A DNA stretch of 64,000 nt from Alphaproteobacteria bacterium (GTDB lineage: Bacteria; Pseudomonadota; Alphaproteobacteria; SP197). The DNA is taken from positions 1,472,001 through 1,536,000 of the forward strand of contig OZ245842.1 of assembly GCA_965228895.1 (NCBI GenBank). Direction: 5' to 3'. The notes beneath the pieces are model-generated. The model worked only from the letters and a program-made list of their open reading frames with translations. It did not search any database and had not been told where the DNA came from. This document shows positions 30,414-39,521 of this stretch, one piece after another. The first letter of the stretch is position 1, and every line of letters starts with the position of its first letter. A program made the translations under genes and the position numbers.

Positions 30414-32870
30414 ATGGTTCAGAACTTGCCCGACCGCGCTCAGGTGGTCATCGTCGGCGGCGGTATCGTCGGCTGCAGCGTTGCTTATCACCTCGTCCAG
30501 TTGGGCTGGACAGACGTCGTGCTGCTTGAGCGTGACCAGTTGACGTCCGGCACCACGTGGCATGCCGCGGGTCTGGTCGGCCAGCTTCGGCCATCGCGCA
30601 ACCTGACCCAGCTTGCGGCCTATTCGGTCGAGCTCTACCCGAAACTCGAGGCCGAAACCGGTCAGATGACCGGGTTCAAGCAGAACGGCGCGATTACCGT
30701 CGCCCAGACCGAGGACCGCTTCACCGAGCTCAAGCGCGCGGCGTCCATGGCCAATGCCTTCGGCGTCGACGTCGAAGTCCTGACGCCGGCAGAGGTCGCC
30801 AAGCTGCACCCGGTGACCGAGACGTCCGATCTGGTTGGCGCTGTCTTTATGCCTAAGGACGGTCAGACCAACCCGACCGACACGACGGCGGCGCTGGCGA
30901 AGGGCGCGCGCATGGGCGGGGCCAAGATCATCGAACAATGTCCCGCGCGCCGCATCGAGACGGCCAACGGGCGTGCCAACGCGGTTGTCACCGACCACGG
31001 CCGGATCGAATGCGAGTATGTCGTCCTGGCCGGCGGCATGTGGACGCGGGATCTGGCGGCGTCGATCGGCCTGACTGTGCCGCTTCATGCCGCCGAGCAC
31101 ATGTACATCGTGACCGAGCCGATGCCGGACGTGCCCGCCGACCTGCCGGTGCTGCGCGACTACGACGCCTGCATCTACATCAAAGAGGACGCCGGCAAGC
31201 TGCTGGTCGGTGGTTTCGAGCCTGTTGCCAAACCGTGGGCTGTTGACGGGGTGCCTGACGATGCCTCGTTCACGGTCCTGCCGGAAGACTGGGACCACTT
31301 CGAAATCCTGATGGACGGTGGCCTGAAGCGAATTCCCGCACTCGCGGAGGCTGGCATTCGCCAGTTCTTCAACGGGCCGGAGAGTTTTACACCGGACAAC
31401 CGCTACTACATGGGCCGCGCGCCGGAGACGCAGAACGTCTATGTCGCCGCAGGTTTGAATTCGATCGGCATTGCCTCGGCGCCGGGTATCGGTCAGGCGC
31501 TGGCGCAATGGATTGTCGATGGCGAGTCGCCCATGGACCTGTGGGATGTCGACATCACCCGCGTCGAGCCGTTCCAGAAGGCACGCACCTATCTGCGCGA
31601 TCGCACGGTCGAATCGCTCGGCCTGCTCTACGCCATGCATTGGCCCGACCGCCAGCCGGAGACCGCGCGTGGCGCGCGGCGATTGCCCTATCACGACAAG
31701 CTTCTTGAGCAGGGTGCGGTCATGGGCGTTGCATCGGGTTGGGAGCGGCCGATGTTCTATGCCGAGGGCAGTGAAGACCGCGACTACGTCTATTCGTTCG
31801 GCAAGCCTTGCTGGCACGATGCGGCGGCGCGGGAGGCGCATGCGACACGTAACGATGTCGCGCTTTATGACCTCACGCCGTTTGCCAAGTTCGAGGTCCA
31901 GGGCGCCGATGCCGAGCACCAGCTTCAGCGGTTGTGCGCGAATGACATCGCACAGGAAGAAAACCGTGCGGTCTATACCCAGATGCTCAACCCCAAGGGC
32001 GGCATCGAGACGGATCTGACTGTGACCCGTCTGGGCGAGCAGAGGTTTTTGGTCGTGACGGGGTCGACCACCAGACTGCACGACTGGGATTGGATGGCGC
32101 GCAACATGGATTCAGGCGCGAACGTCACGATGACCGACGTGACATCGGGCTTCGCCGTCCTTGGCGTCATGGGACCGAAATCGCGTGCGCTTCTGTCGTC
32201 GCTGACGGACGCCGACCTCTCCAACGAGTCCTTTCCGTTCGGCACCTCCCAGGAGTTCGGCCTTGGGTATGCCCTGGTGCGTGGTCAGCGGGTTTCCTAT
32301 GTTGGCGATCTCGGTTGGGAGCTCTATGTGCCCATCGAGTTTGCCGCCCACGTCCACGAGGTTTTGGTTGGTGCTGGTGCCGACTACGGCCTGCGCCACG
32401 CCGGCCTGCACTGCCAGGACTGCCTGCGCCTCGAAAAGGGCTTCAAGCACTGGGGCCATGATATCGGGCCAGAGGATACGCCGATCGAGGCGGGGCTGGG
32501 CTTTGCCGTCGCGCGCAACAAGAATGTCGATTACATCGGCCGCGAAGCGATCACCGCGCAACGTGAGAACGGCGTTAACCGGCGTCTGGCGATCTTCACC
32601 GTCGACGGTGCGCCCGGTGCGCCGCGCATGCTGCACGAAGAACCGATCTGGCGAGACGGTACGTTGGTCGGCACGACCACGTCCGGCGGCTATGCCTATT
32701 CGATCGATAAACCGATCTCCATGGGCTATGTCGAGTCCAATGACGGCCCGATCAGCCGGGACGATGTGCTGTCGGCGAGCTATGAGATCGAGATCGCCGG
32801 TGAACGGTTCCCGGCCAATGTGTCGCTCTCGGCGCCGTTCGATCCCAAGGGCGAGCGCATGCGCGGCTGA
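30414..32870 (+). CDS. FAD-dependent dimethylglycine/sarcosine dehydrogenase-like protein with GcvT folate domain
   Basis: GGGIVG, SGTTWHAAG, NGPESFTPD, GWERP, YVGDLGWE, RLEKG; RBS GGAGG. Confidence 0.9.
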   Translation: MVQNLPDRAQVVIVGGGIVGCSVAYHLVQLGWTDVVLLERDQLTSGTTWHAAGLVGQLRPSRNLTQLAAYSVELYPKLEAETGQMTGFKQNGAITVAQTEDRFTELKRAASMANAFGVDVEVLTPAEVAKLHPVTETSDLVGAVFMPKDGQTNPTDTTAALAKGARMGGAKIIEQCPARRIETANGRANAVVTDHGRIECEYVVLAGGMWTRDLAASIGLTVPLHAAEHMYIVTEPMPDVPADLPVLRDYDACIYIKEDAGKLLVGGFEPVAKPWAVDGVPDDASFTVLPEDWDHFEILMDGGLKRIPALAEAGIRQFFNGPESFTPDNRYYMGRAPETQNVYVAAGLNSIGIASAPGIGQALAQWIVDGESPMDLWDVDITRVEPFQKARTYLRDRTVESLGLLYAMHWPDRQPETARGARRLPYHDKLLEQGAVMGVASGWERPMFYAEGSEDRDYVYSFGKPCWHDAAAREAHATRNDVALYDLTPFAKFEVQGADAEHQLQRLCANDIAQEENRAVYTQMLNPKGGIETDLTVTRLGEQRFLVVTGSTTRLHDWDWMARNMDSGANVTMTDVTSGFAVLGVMGPKSRALLSSLTDADLSNESFPFGTSQEFGLGYALVRGQRVSYVGDLGWELYVPIEFAAHVHEVLVGAGADYGLRHAGLHCQDCLRLEKGFKHWGHDIGPEDTPIEAGLGFAVARNKNVDYIGREAITAQRENGVNRRLAIFTVDGAPGAPRMLHEEPIWRDGTLVGTTTSGGYAYSIDKPISMGYVESNDGPISRDDVLSASYEIEIAGERFPANVSLSAPFDPKGERMRG

Positions 32871-32902
32871 TGGCCGAGAACAGGTAGTTAGGAGAAGTCA
32901 CC

Positions 32903-33325
32903 ATGCCCTTGTTGGAGCGCTCCAAGAAAGTCGCGGCGCCTGCCGCTGAAGTCTGGGCGCTGATCGGGCCGTTCGATGGCATGGCCAACTGGCACCCGGC
33001 GGTCATCGCGTGCCACAGCAGCGGATCCGGTGAGGGCCAGGAGCGCGAGCTGGTCGTTGTCGGCAATATTCGGTTGAGAGAGCGTCTGGTCGCCCATGAT
33101 GACGCGGCAATGAGCTATCGGTACGTCGTCGTTGATGGGCCGCTGCCGGTTGAAGGTTATGTGTCGACCTTGTCGATCTCGGACAATGGCGACAGCACAT
33201 CGACGGTGACATGGTCCGCCGAATACCATCTTGCGGGGGCGCCGGAAGACATCGCCCGTGAGGCGATCGGCGGCATCTATGATGCCGGCTTGCAAAGCCT
33301 GGGCGACCGATTCGGCGCAAGCTGA
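32903..33325 (+). CDS. SRPBCC/polyketide cyclase family protein
   Basis: APAAEVWALI..F...WHP, ERL, SYRY, C-terminal helix. Confidence 0.8.
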   Translation: MPLLERSKKVAAPAAEVWALIGPFDGMANWHPAVIACHSSGSGEGQERELVVVGNIRLRERLVAHDDAAMSYRYVVVDGPLPVEGYVSTLSISDNGDSTSTVTWSAEYHLAGAPEDIAREAIGGIYDAGLQSLGDRFGAS

Positions 33326-33339
33326 CAGTCGTGCTGATT

Positions 33340-33440
33340 GAGAGAGAAGAGGGGGTGCGGCGCGGACCCCTTGGGATCGGGTGGCATAGGATCCGCGCCG
33401 CAGTGGGTCCTGAACCTGGAGGGTTCTTTTCCCTACCCAT
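33340..33440 (-). ncRNA. Candidate two-hairpin small RNA or structured terminator
   Basis: Minus strand: GAACC-CUCCA-GGUUC inside UGGGU/ACCCA, then UGCGGCGCGGAUCC...GGGUCCGCGCCGCA and a pyrimidine tail. Confidence 0.35.
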
Positions 33441-33501
33441 AAATTAGCGTGGCACCGCCGAAATGCTCATATCGATGGTCAATTGAGTTGATGCACAGTG
33501 T

Positions 33502-33975
33502 CTATGGCGCGTTCTCTCGCCACACCCACGGCTCGACAAACTCGGTTGCCCATAGGCCCCGGCTGTCTTCAACGGCGCCGTCTTTGATCGCATCGTAAGC
33601 GGTCCAGCCGGGTAGCGGCAGCGCCCAGCCGGTGTAGACCATGTTGCCGCCAACATCGAAACCGTCGGCGGTACAGTGGGCTGTCATGAGTTCGTCATCT
33701 TGAGGGCCGCGGGGTTCGCAGACGACGTCGACTGCTGTCACCAGATCGAGCAGCGCCGCGCGCGCGATCGTGCCGCAGTCGACCTCGTTGTCGAACCGTA
33801 TGCATGTCTGGCCAAGCTCCGGCGCATCGATTCCCTCAAGTCGAATCGTGCGGCCATCAACTTCAAGCGTATCGCCGTCCAGAACCGTTGCTGGACCGCT
33901 CAGCACGTCCGCCGATACCGAGCTGGTGCTGGCGGCGAGCATAACGATCAACGGGATGAAGCATCGCATGGTCAC
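33502..33975 (-). CDS. Thermonuclease (SNase-like) family secreted protein
   Basis: Signal peptide; DGDT, RLEGIDAPE, GWA, GLW..F..PW.WR. Confidence 0.82.
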   Translation of the reverse strand: MTMRCFIPLIVMLAASTSSVSADVLSGPATVLDGDTLEVDGRTIRLEGIDAPELGQTCIRFDNEVDCGTIARAALLDLVTAVDVVCEPRGPQDDELMTAHCTADGFDVGGNMVYTGWALPLPGWTAYDAIKDGAVEDSRGLWATEFVEPWVWRENAP

Positions 33976-34026
33976 GCCATAGCATCATGCCGTGCTGAGC
34001 GGGAGTCACAGGCTTTCACAAGCCGG

Positions 34027-34830
34027 TCACTGCTTTAGCTTGTAGCCGGACGCAACCATCGCAGTCAGGCCGACGATCCCGGCGGTGGTTATGAGCCCTG
34101 TCAGCAATGCCGACTGCAGCAGCGGCGATTCGCCGAAGCCGATGAGGCCCTGACGCGCACCGTCGATGATCCAGAAAAACGGGCTAAACTGGGCGAGATC
34201 GGCCAAAAATGGGCTATAGGCGTTGACCGGAAAGAACACGCCGGAGAGAAAAATCGCCGGGGTGATCAGAAAATTCATGACCGTGGCAACGTGATCGTAC
34301 TTCTCGGCGTAAATTCCGGCGGCGATGCCGGCGCTCGCCATAAGCATGGCGCTGGCAACGGCAAAAGACAGCAGTATCAAAATGTCGACAGGCATGATGG
34401 TGACGAAGGGCTGCATGGCGATGGCCACCAGCAGGCCGTTCAGGAGACCGCCGGCCGTGCCGGCCAGGACATGAGCGCCGACAAACTCGGTCGGCCGGAG
34501 TGGCGCCGAGAGTTGTGCTTCGATCGTGCCGCGGATCTTCGCATCGATGGTCGACCAGGCGGAGACCTCGAAGGCGCTTGTCATCACGGTCATGGCGACG
34601 AGACCGGGCGCCAGAAAGACCAGAAACGGAACGCCTTCGATATCCCGGCGCAGGCCGCCCAGCGCCAGATCGAAGACGGCCATGAGCAACAGCGTGGTCA
34701 GCACCGGCGCACCGATGGCGTAGGGCCAGGCCTTGAGATAGCGGCGGAACTCCATCCAGAACAGAGTCCGCACGCCCATCCAGTTGAGCACGGGCAGTGG
34801 CGAGAGTGGCTTGGCCTGGGGCGGGTTCAT
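34027..34830 (-). CDS. ABC-2 type permease (YadH-like)
   Basis: FLAPGL..M, FLSGVFFP, PFFWIIDGAR. Confidence 0.85.
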   Translation of the reverse strand: MNPPQAKPLSPLPVLNWMGVRTLFWMEFRRYLKAWPYAIGAPVLTTLLLMAVFDLALGGLRRDIEGVPFLVFLAPGLVAMTVMTSAFEVSAWSTIDAKIRGTIEAQLSAPLRPTEFVGAHVLAGTAGGLLNGLLVAIAMQPFVTIMPVDILILLSFAVASAMLMASAGIAAGIYAEKYDHVATVMNFLITPAIFLSGVFFPVNAYSPFLADLAQFSPFFWIIDGARQGLIGFGESPLLQSALLTGLITTAGIVGLTAMVASGYKLKQ

Positions 34831-34914
34831 GGCGCGAAACTATCGTCGCTGGCGTTACCGGACAAGAACGCGCTAAGACATGGCAGACCGAACATGCAGG
34901 GAGTTGGTGACGCT

Positions 34915-35700
34915 ATGACTTTCGAGACGATCCTGTTTGATGCTGAAGACGGCGTTGCCCGCATCACTCTCAACCGTCCGGACCGGCTGAACGCGTTGAC
35001 ACCGCAAATGTTCAGCGATCTCGCCGACGCACTCGACAGGGTCGAGGCTGACGCCGACCTGCGCTGCCTGATGATCACCGGCGCCGGCCGTGGTTTTTGC
35101 GCCGGTGCCGATCTGACGGCGCGCGACATGGAAAGCGAAACGCCGGATCTCGAAAATTCGCTGGTTACCCGCTACAACCCGCTCGTCATGAGGCTGACGG
35201 GCATGGCGTGTCCGGTCGTGGCTGCGGTGAACGGTGTCGCGGCCGGGGCCGGCTGCAATCTGGCGTTGGCCGCCGATATCGTCATCGCCGGACGTTCGGC
35301 CTCATTCATGCAGGCATTCGTCAAGATCGGTTTGATGCCCGATGCCGGCGGCACCTGGATCCTGCCGCGTCTGGTTGGCCAAGCGCGCGCCATGGGTCTC
35401 GCCATGATGGGTGAGCCCTTGCCGGCGGAGCAGGCGGCGGCCTGGGGGCTCATCTGGTCGTGTGTCGATGACGAGGCACTCGCCGCCGACGCTCAGGGAA
35501 TCGCCGCCGGTTTTGCCAAGGGACCGACACGGGCGCTGGCCGACATCAAGGCCGCCATCCGCGCGTCGAGTGGCAATGACCTTGAAACCCAACTGGCCCT
35601 CGAAGCACGGCTTCAACATGGCCTCGGCCAGTCGCAGGACTACCGCGAAGGCGTTGGCGCGTTCCGCGAAAAGCGGCCCGCCGTCTTCAAAGGAGCCTAG
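34915..35700 (+). CDS. paaG: Enoyl-CoA hydratase/isomerase (PaaG-like)
   Basis: TLNRPDRLNA, GRGFCAGADL, VNGVAAGAG, GLMPDAGGTW.LPRLVG. Confidence 0.8.
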   Translation: MTFETILFDAEDGVARITLNRPDRLNALTPQMFSDLADALDRVEADADLRCLMITGAGRGFCAGADLTARDMESETPDLENSLVTRYNPLVMRLTGMACPVVAAVNGVAAGAGCNLALAADIVIAGRSASFMQAFVKIGLMPDAGGTWILPRLVGQARAMGLAMMGEPLPAEQAAAWGLIWSCVDDEALAADAQGIAAGFAKGPTRALADIKAAIRASSGNDLETQLALEARLQHGLGQSQDYREGVGAFREKRPAVFKGA

Positions 35701-35705
35701 GCGCC

Positions 35706-36080
35706 GTGGCGGCACCACCGACAATCACCGTCACCTGGGGCGAGCTGTTTGATCGTATTGCCGATCTGGAGCTGGCGCTGGAGCAAGGCACCGATGCGAC
35801 GGTGCAAAGTGGCATTGAGGAAAATCTGGAACTGCTGCGCGATCAGGCTCGGGCCGATGCGCCCGGCGCGGTTCACGCCGTTGCTAGCGAGCTGAAGGAC
35901 GTCGCGCGCGAGATCGTCAGGTTGGATGCGGAGATTGCTGCGTTCGCCAACGACAGCGCGACAACAACGGCTTTTGTGGAGCTTGTTCGCGACCACCGCA
36001 GCCAGCGTGCCAAGCGGTTGGAACTGAGGACCAGCATCGACCATTTGATGCGTGATGACACCGAAGGGAGACACGATTGA
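35706..36080 (+). CDS. Small helical hypothetical protein (DUF6165-like)
   Basis: TWGELFDRIADLEL start and FVEL.R...R...K/R..I pattern; fits tightly between flanking genes. Confidence 0.6.
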   Translation: MAAPPTITVTWGELFDRIADLELALEQGTDATVQSGIEENLELLRDQARADAPGAVHAVASELKDVAREIVRLDAEIAAFANDSATTTAFVELVRDHRSQRAKRLELRTSIDHLMRDDTEGRHD

Positions 36081-37132
36081 GCCATCGTATCGCGGTGATT
36101 CCCGGTGACGGCATCGGCAAGGAAGTGGTGCCCGAGGGTTTGCGTGTTCTGGATGCTGTCGGCGCCAAAATGGGCATCGATTTCGACTGGACCAGTTTCG
36201 ACTGGAGCTGCGAGACCTATGCCCAAACCGGCCGCATGATGCCGGAAGACGGTCTCGATCAGCTCGCCGCGTTCGATGCGATCTTTCTGGGCGCTGTCGG
36301 TTTTCCCGGCGTGCCCGATCATGTTTCGCTGTGGGGTCTCCTGATCCCGATCCGCCGTGCGATGGATCAGTACGTCAACCTCAGACCGGTGCGCCTGTTC
36401 GACGGTGTGCCCTGTCCACTTGCCGGGCGCGGAACGGACGATATCGACTTCTGGGTCGTGCGTGAGAACACCGAAGGCGAGTACTCGCAGATCGGTGGGA
36501 GGATTTACGAAGGCACCGAGCACGAGATGGTGACCCAGAACGCGGTCTTCACGCGCCACGGGACCGACCGCATCCTGCGTTACGCGTTCGATCTCGCGAA
36601 CAGCAGGCCGAAGAAGCATCTGACGTCGGCGACCAAGTCGAACGGCATCTTTCATACCATGCCGTTCTGGGATGAACGTGTTGCGGCGATGGCGGCGGAC
36701 TATCCTGATGTGGCGGTCGACCAGTACCACATCGACATCCTGACGGCGCACTTCGTGCGCAACCCCGACTGGTTCGATGTCGTCGTCGGCTCCAACCTGT
36801 TCGGCGACATCCTGTCGGACCTGGGCCCGGCGGTCGCCGGCAGTATCGGGATCGCGCCCTCGGCGAACATCAATCCGGCCGGCGAAAAACCTTCTATGTT
36901 CGAACCGGTTCATGGGTCGGCGCCCGATATCGCCGGTCAAGGTATCGCCAACCCGATCGGCCAGATCTGGGCGGGCGCCATGATGCTGGATCACCTCGGT
37001 CACGCGGAGGCCGGGCAGACCGTCATCGCCGCCATCGAACGAGTGCTGAAAGACGGCAAGCGGCTCACACCGGACCTGGGCGGAAGCGCCACGACAGAAC
37101 AGCTTGGCAAAGCCATCGCCGCAGACCTTTGA
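36077..37132 (+). CDS. Tartrate dehydrogenase / D-malate dehydrogenase (decarboxylating)
   Basis: IPGDGIGKEV, VPDHVSLWGLL, ATKSNGI, SNLFGDILSDL, FEPVHGSAPDI. Confidence 0.92.
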   Translation: MSHRIAVIPGDGIGKEVVPEGLRVLDAVGAKMGIDFDWTSFDWSCETYAQTGRMMPEDGLDQLAAFDAIFLGAVGFPGVPDHVSLWGLLIPIRRAMDQYVNLRPVRLFDGVPCPLAGRGTDDIDFWVVRENTEGEYSQIGGRIYEGTEHEMVTQNAVFTRHGTDRILRYAFDLANSRPKKHLTSATKSNGIFHTMPFWDERVAAMAADYPDVAVDQYHIDILTAHFVRNPDWFDVVVGSNLFGDILSDLGPAVAGSIGIAPSANINPAGEKPSMFEPVHGSAPDIAGQGIANPIGQIWAGAMMLDHLGHAEAGQTVIAAIERVLKDGKRLTPDLGGSATTEQLGKAIAADL

Positions 37133-37159
37133 GGCTTAAGTAACGTTTCCGTGTGCGGC

Positions 37160-37184
37160 GCAACTTAATGGCGCGCCGACCGTA
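37160..37184 (+). promoter_or_regulatory. Putative ECF sigma promoter
   Basis: GCAAC-N16-CGTA about 50 nt upstream of the ferritin-like gene, in a cluster that encodes an ECF sigma. Confidence 0.45.
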
Positions 37185-37236
37185 CTTCTCGATGTTGCCC
37201 GCCTAGGGCCGACCCTGCAACGAGGAGACTGATACG

Positions 37237-37845
37237 ATGAACACAAACGAAAATTCGGTTCTGACAACGTCCGCTTCGCGCCGCCGTTTCTTGGTCCGCG
37301 GTTCGACCGCGACCCTGTCGGCGACGGCGGTGGCGCTTATCATGGGCCGCGAAAGCCTTGCCGCCAGCAACCAGGCGCTCGACAAAGACATGACCGGTAG
37401 CGATGTCGCCATTTTGAATGTCGCGCTATCGCTGGAGTGGGAAGCGATCGGTGCCTATCAGATCGGTGCTGAGAGCGGTCTGTTGTCGGGTGACGTGTTG
37501 GACGTCGCCGTGCTGTTCCAAAGTCAGCACAAGGAACATGCCGAAGCGCTGCGAGGCGCTATCGTCAAGCTGGGCGGCACGCCCGTCGAGGCCGAGCCTC
37601 AGGATTTTTACGTCCAATCGCTCAACGTTGCTTCGGTCGCCAACGGCATGGATGTGCTGAAGCTTGCGGCGCGCCTCGAAAAGGGCGCGGCCAACGCCTA
37701 TCTGGGTGTCATTCCGTCGTTCGAGGATCCCGACTTCGCTCAGATCTGCGGTCGCCTGGCGGCTGACGAAACGATGCATTGGACCTTCCTTAACAGTGCG
37801 CTCAATCAGCCGTTGCCGCGTGCGGCGTTCACCTTTGGCGCCTGA
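37237..37845 (+). CDS. Tat-exported ferritin-like (di-metal four-helix bundle) protein
   Basis: SRRRFL Tat signal; LEWEAIGAY, QHKEH, LEKGAANAY, DETMH ligand-like motifs; RBS GAGGAG. Confidence 0.82.
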   Translation: MNTNENSVLTTSASRRRFLVRGSTATLSATAVALIMGRESLAASNQALDKDMTGSDVAILNVALSLEWEAIGAYQIGAESGLLSGDVLDVAVLFQSQHKEHAEALRGAIVKLGGTPVEAEPQDFYVQSLNVASVANGMDVLKLAARLEKGAANAYLGVIPSFEDPDFAQICGRLAADETMHWTFLNSALNQPLPRAAFTFGA

Positions 37846-37855
37846 TGATGCGTAA

Positions 37856-37883
37856 CTCCCGCCGGAGGATCGGCCGGCGGGAG
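37856..37883 (+). other. Intra-operon hairpin
   Basis: CTCCCGCCGG-N8-CCGGCGGGAG, no U tract. Confidence 0.5.
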
Positions 37884-37907
37884 ACCATCAGGCAAGAGGA
37901 TCCGAAC

Positions 37908-38306
37908 ATGATGAACCCGAATACGATCATGACGACCACATGCCGCGGCGCATTTTCGCTGGCATTCATATGGTTGACGGCGACGACCGCATTCGCCGCA
38001 CCCATGGGTGACCCGGTGCGCGGGCAGATGGTCTATGAGAAATGCGCCGGCTGCCATTCGCTCGACGCCAACCGTGTCGGGCCGAAGCATCGCGATGTCT
38101 TCGGCCGGACCGCGGGTAGCCTGACCGATTTTTCCTATTCGAACGCACTGGCGTCTTCCGACATTACCTGGGACGAGGAAACCCTCGATGCCTGGCTCAC
38201 CAATCCCGGCGGGTTCATTCGCGGCAGTCGGATGGGATTTCGCCTGTCGGACGCCCAGGACAGAGCCGATGTCATCGCCTATCTGAAGGCGGTCAGCGAG
38301 GAGTGA
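37908..38306 (+). CDS. Class I cytochrome c (c2-like)
   Basis: Signal peptide, CAGCH, VGP, F.YS.AL, TWDE..LD.WL.NP, distal Met (SRMG). Confidence 0.92.
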   Translation: MMNPNTIMTTTCRGAFSLAFIWLTATTAFAAPMGDPVRGQMVYEKCAGCHSLDANRVGPKHRDVFGRTAGSLTDFSYSNALASSDITWDEETLDAWLTNPGGFIRGSRMGFRLSDAQDRADVIAYLKAVSEE

Positions 38307-38406
38307 TATGAACGAGGGGGACATCCATCCTTCCCTTACCGACGTTGGTGTTGGTGGCCCGAACCTTTGCGGCGTACTATCGGGCGCCATTTCCAGCGGC
38401 GCGATT

Positions 38407-38967
38407 ATGGACGTCCAGCCCAAACTCGATGATGCCTCGCGATTGCTTGCCGCAAGTGCCGGCGGCGATCGCGCGGCATTCGCCTCGCTTTATCAGCTCG
38501 CCTCCAAGCGGCTTTTTGCCGTCAGCCTCCGAATCGTCGATCGGCGGGATTGGGCCGAGGAAGTCGTTCAGGAGGCCTTCGTGCGTATCTGGCGGCGGGC
38601 CTCATCGTTCGACAGCGAGCGCGGCGGCGCCATGGCATGGATGGTGACGATCACCCGGAATCTGGCAATTGATCGTCTGCGTCACGAAAGGACGCAAACG
38701 ACAGAAAGCGTCAATGACGGTGGTGATGGAAAGCTGACGGAACCCAGCGCCGACCTGATGGACGACATCCTGCGCAACGACGCCAGTCGTGCCCTGGAGC
38801 GCTGTTTGCGGACCCTCGGGGACGAGCCGCGGCGCGCCATTTTGTTGGCATATTGCTGGGGCTATAGTTATGACGAGCTATCGCAGGTTTTCGACGCACC
38901 GGCCAACACAGTGAAAAGCTGGACGCGGCGTGGCCTGCTGCGTCTAAGGGTCTGTTTGAGCCAATGA
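38407..38967 (+). CDS. ECF RNA polymerase sigma factor (SigK-like)
   Basis: GDRAAFASLY, AEEVVQE.F..IW, RNLAIDRLR, region 4 TVKSW.RRGL..LR.CL. Confidence 0.9.
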   Translation: MDVQPKLDDASRLLAASAGGDRAAFASLYQLASKRLFAVSLRIVDRRDWAEEVVQEAFVRIWRRASSFDSERGGAMAWMVTITRNLAIDRLRHERTQTTESVNDGGDGKLTEPSADLMDDILRNDASRALERCLRTLGDEPRRAILLAYCWGYSYDELSQVFDAPANTVKSWTRRGLLRLRVCLSQ

Positions 38968-39521
38968 CGGATAAAACGCGAAACGATGACATGACCGAGG
39001 TCCTGGCGGGTGAGTACGTCCTGGGCACGTTGCAAGGCAGCCCGCGCCAGCGTTTCGAGGAACGGCTGGCCGATGATCCGTTGGCGGCCGCGGCCGTCGC
39101 TGCCTGGGAAAAAAGGCTCTCTCCGCTGCTGGAAACGACTGATGATGTATCGCCTCCCGATCACCTTTGGTCCGCGATAGAGGCGCGCTTGGACGATGAA
39201 CCGAGCGCCGCCGACATCGTTACGGTTCACGCCGGCGAGGGGGCATGGCAGTCCGTTGCGCCTGGCGTCGATGTGAAGGTGTTGTATCGGGAGGCCGCGG
39301 AGAACATCGAATCCTTGCTGGTTCGTCTGGCTGCCGGCGCGCGCTTTCCCAGCCATGACCACCCTTCCGACGAGGAGTGCATGATGTTGAGCGGCGATCT
39401 GACGTTCGGCGATCTGACGCTTCGCGCCGGCGATTATCATCGCATGCCCAAAGGCGTGCCACATCCCGATGGATTTTCGAAGGAGGGAGCACTTGTCTAT
39501 GTTCGTGCCCAGATTGCCTGA
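38964..39521 (+). CDS. Anti-sigma factor with C-terminal ChrR-like cupin
   Basis: LAGEYVLGTL...RFE anti-sigma N-terminus; HDHPSDEEC...GDY...H cupin; no TM segment; ATGA overlap with sigma. Confidence 0.82.
   Translation: MTDKTRNDDMTEVLAGEYVLGTLQGSPRQRFEERLADDPLAAAAVAAWEKRLSPLLETTDDVSPPDHLWSAIEARLDDEPSAADIVTVHAGEGAWQSVAPGVDVKVLYREAAENIESLLVRLAAGARFPSHDHPSDEECMMLSGDLTFGDLTLRAGDYHRMPKGVPHPDGFSKEGALVYVRAQIA

Noticed and set aside
30333-32081. 582-aa minus-strand ORF
   Set aside because: Antisense shadow of the GcvT-type dehydrogenase
33450-33467. TGGCAC...TGCT sigma54-like site
   Set aside because: Wrong spacing and no suitably oriented gene
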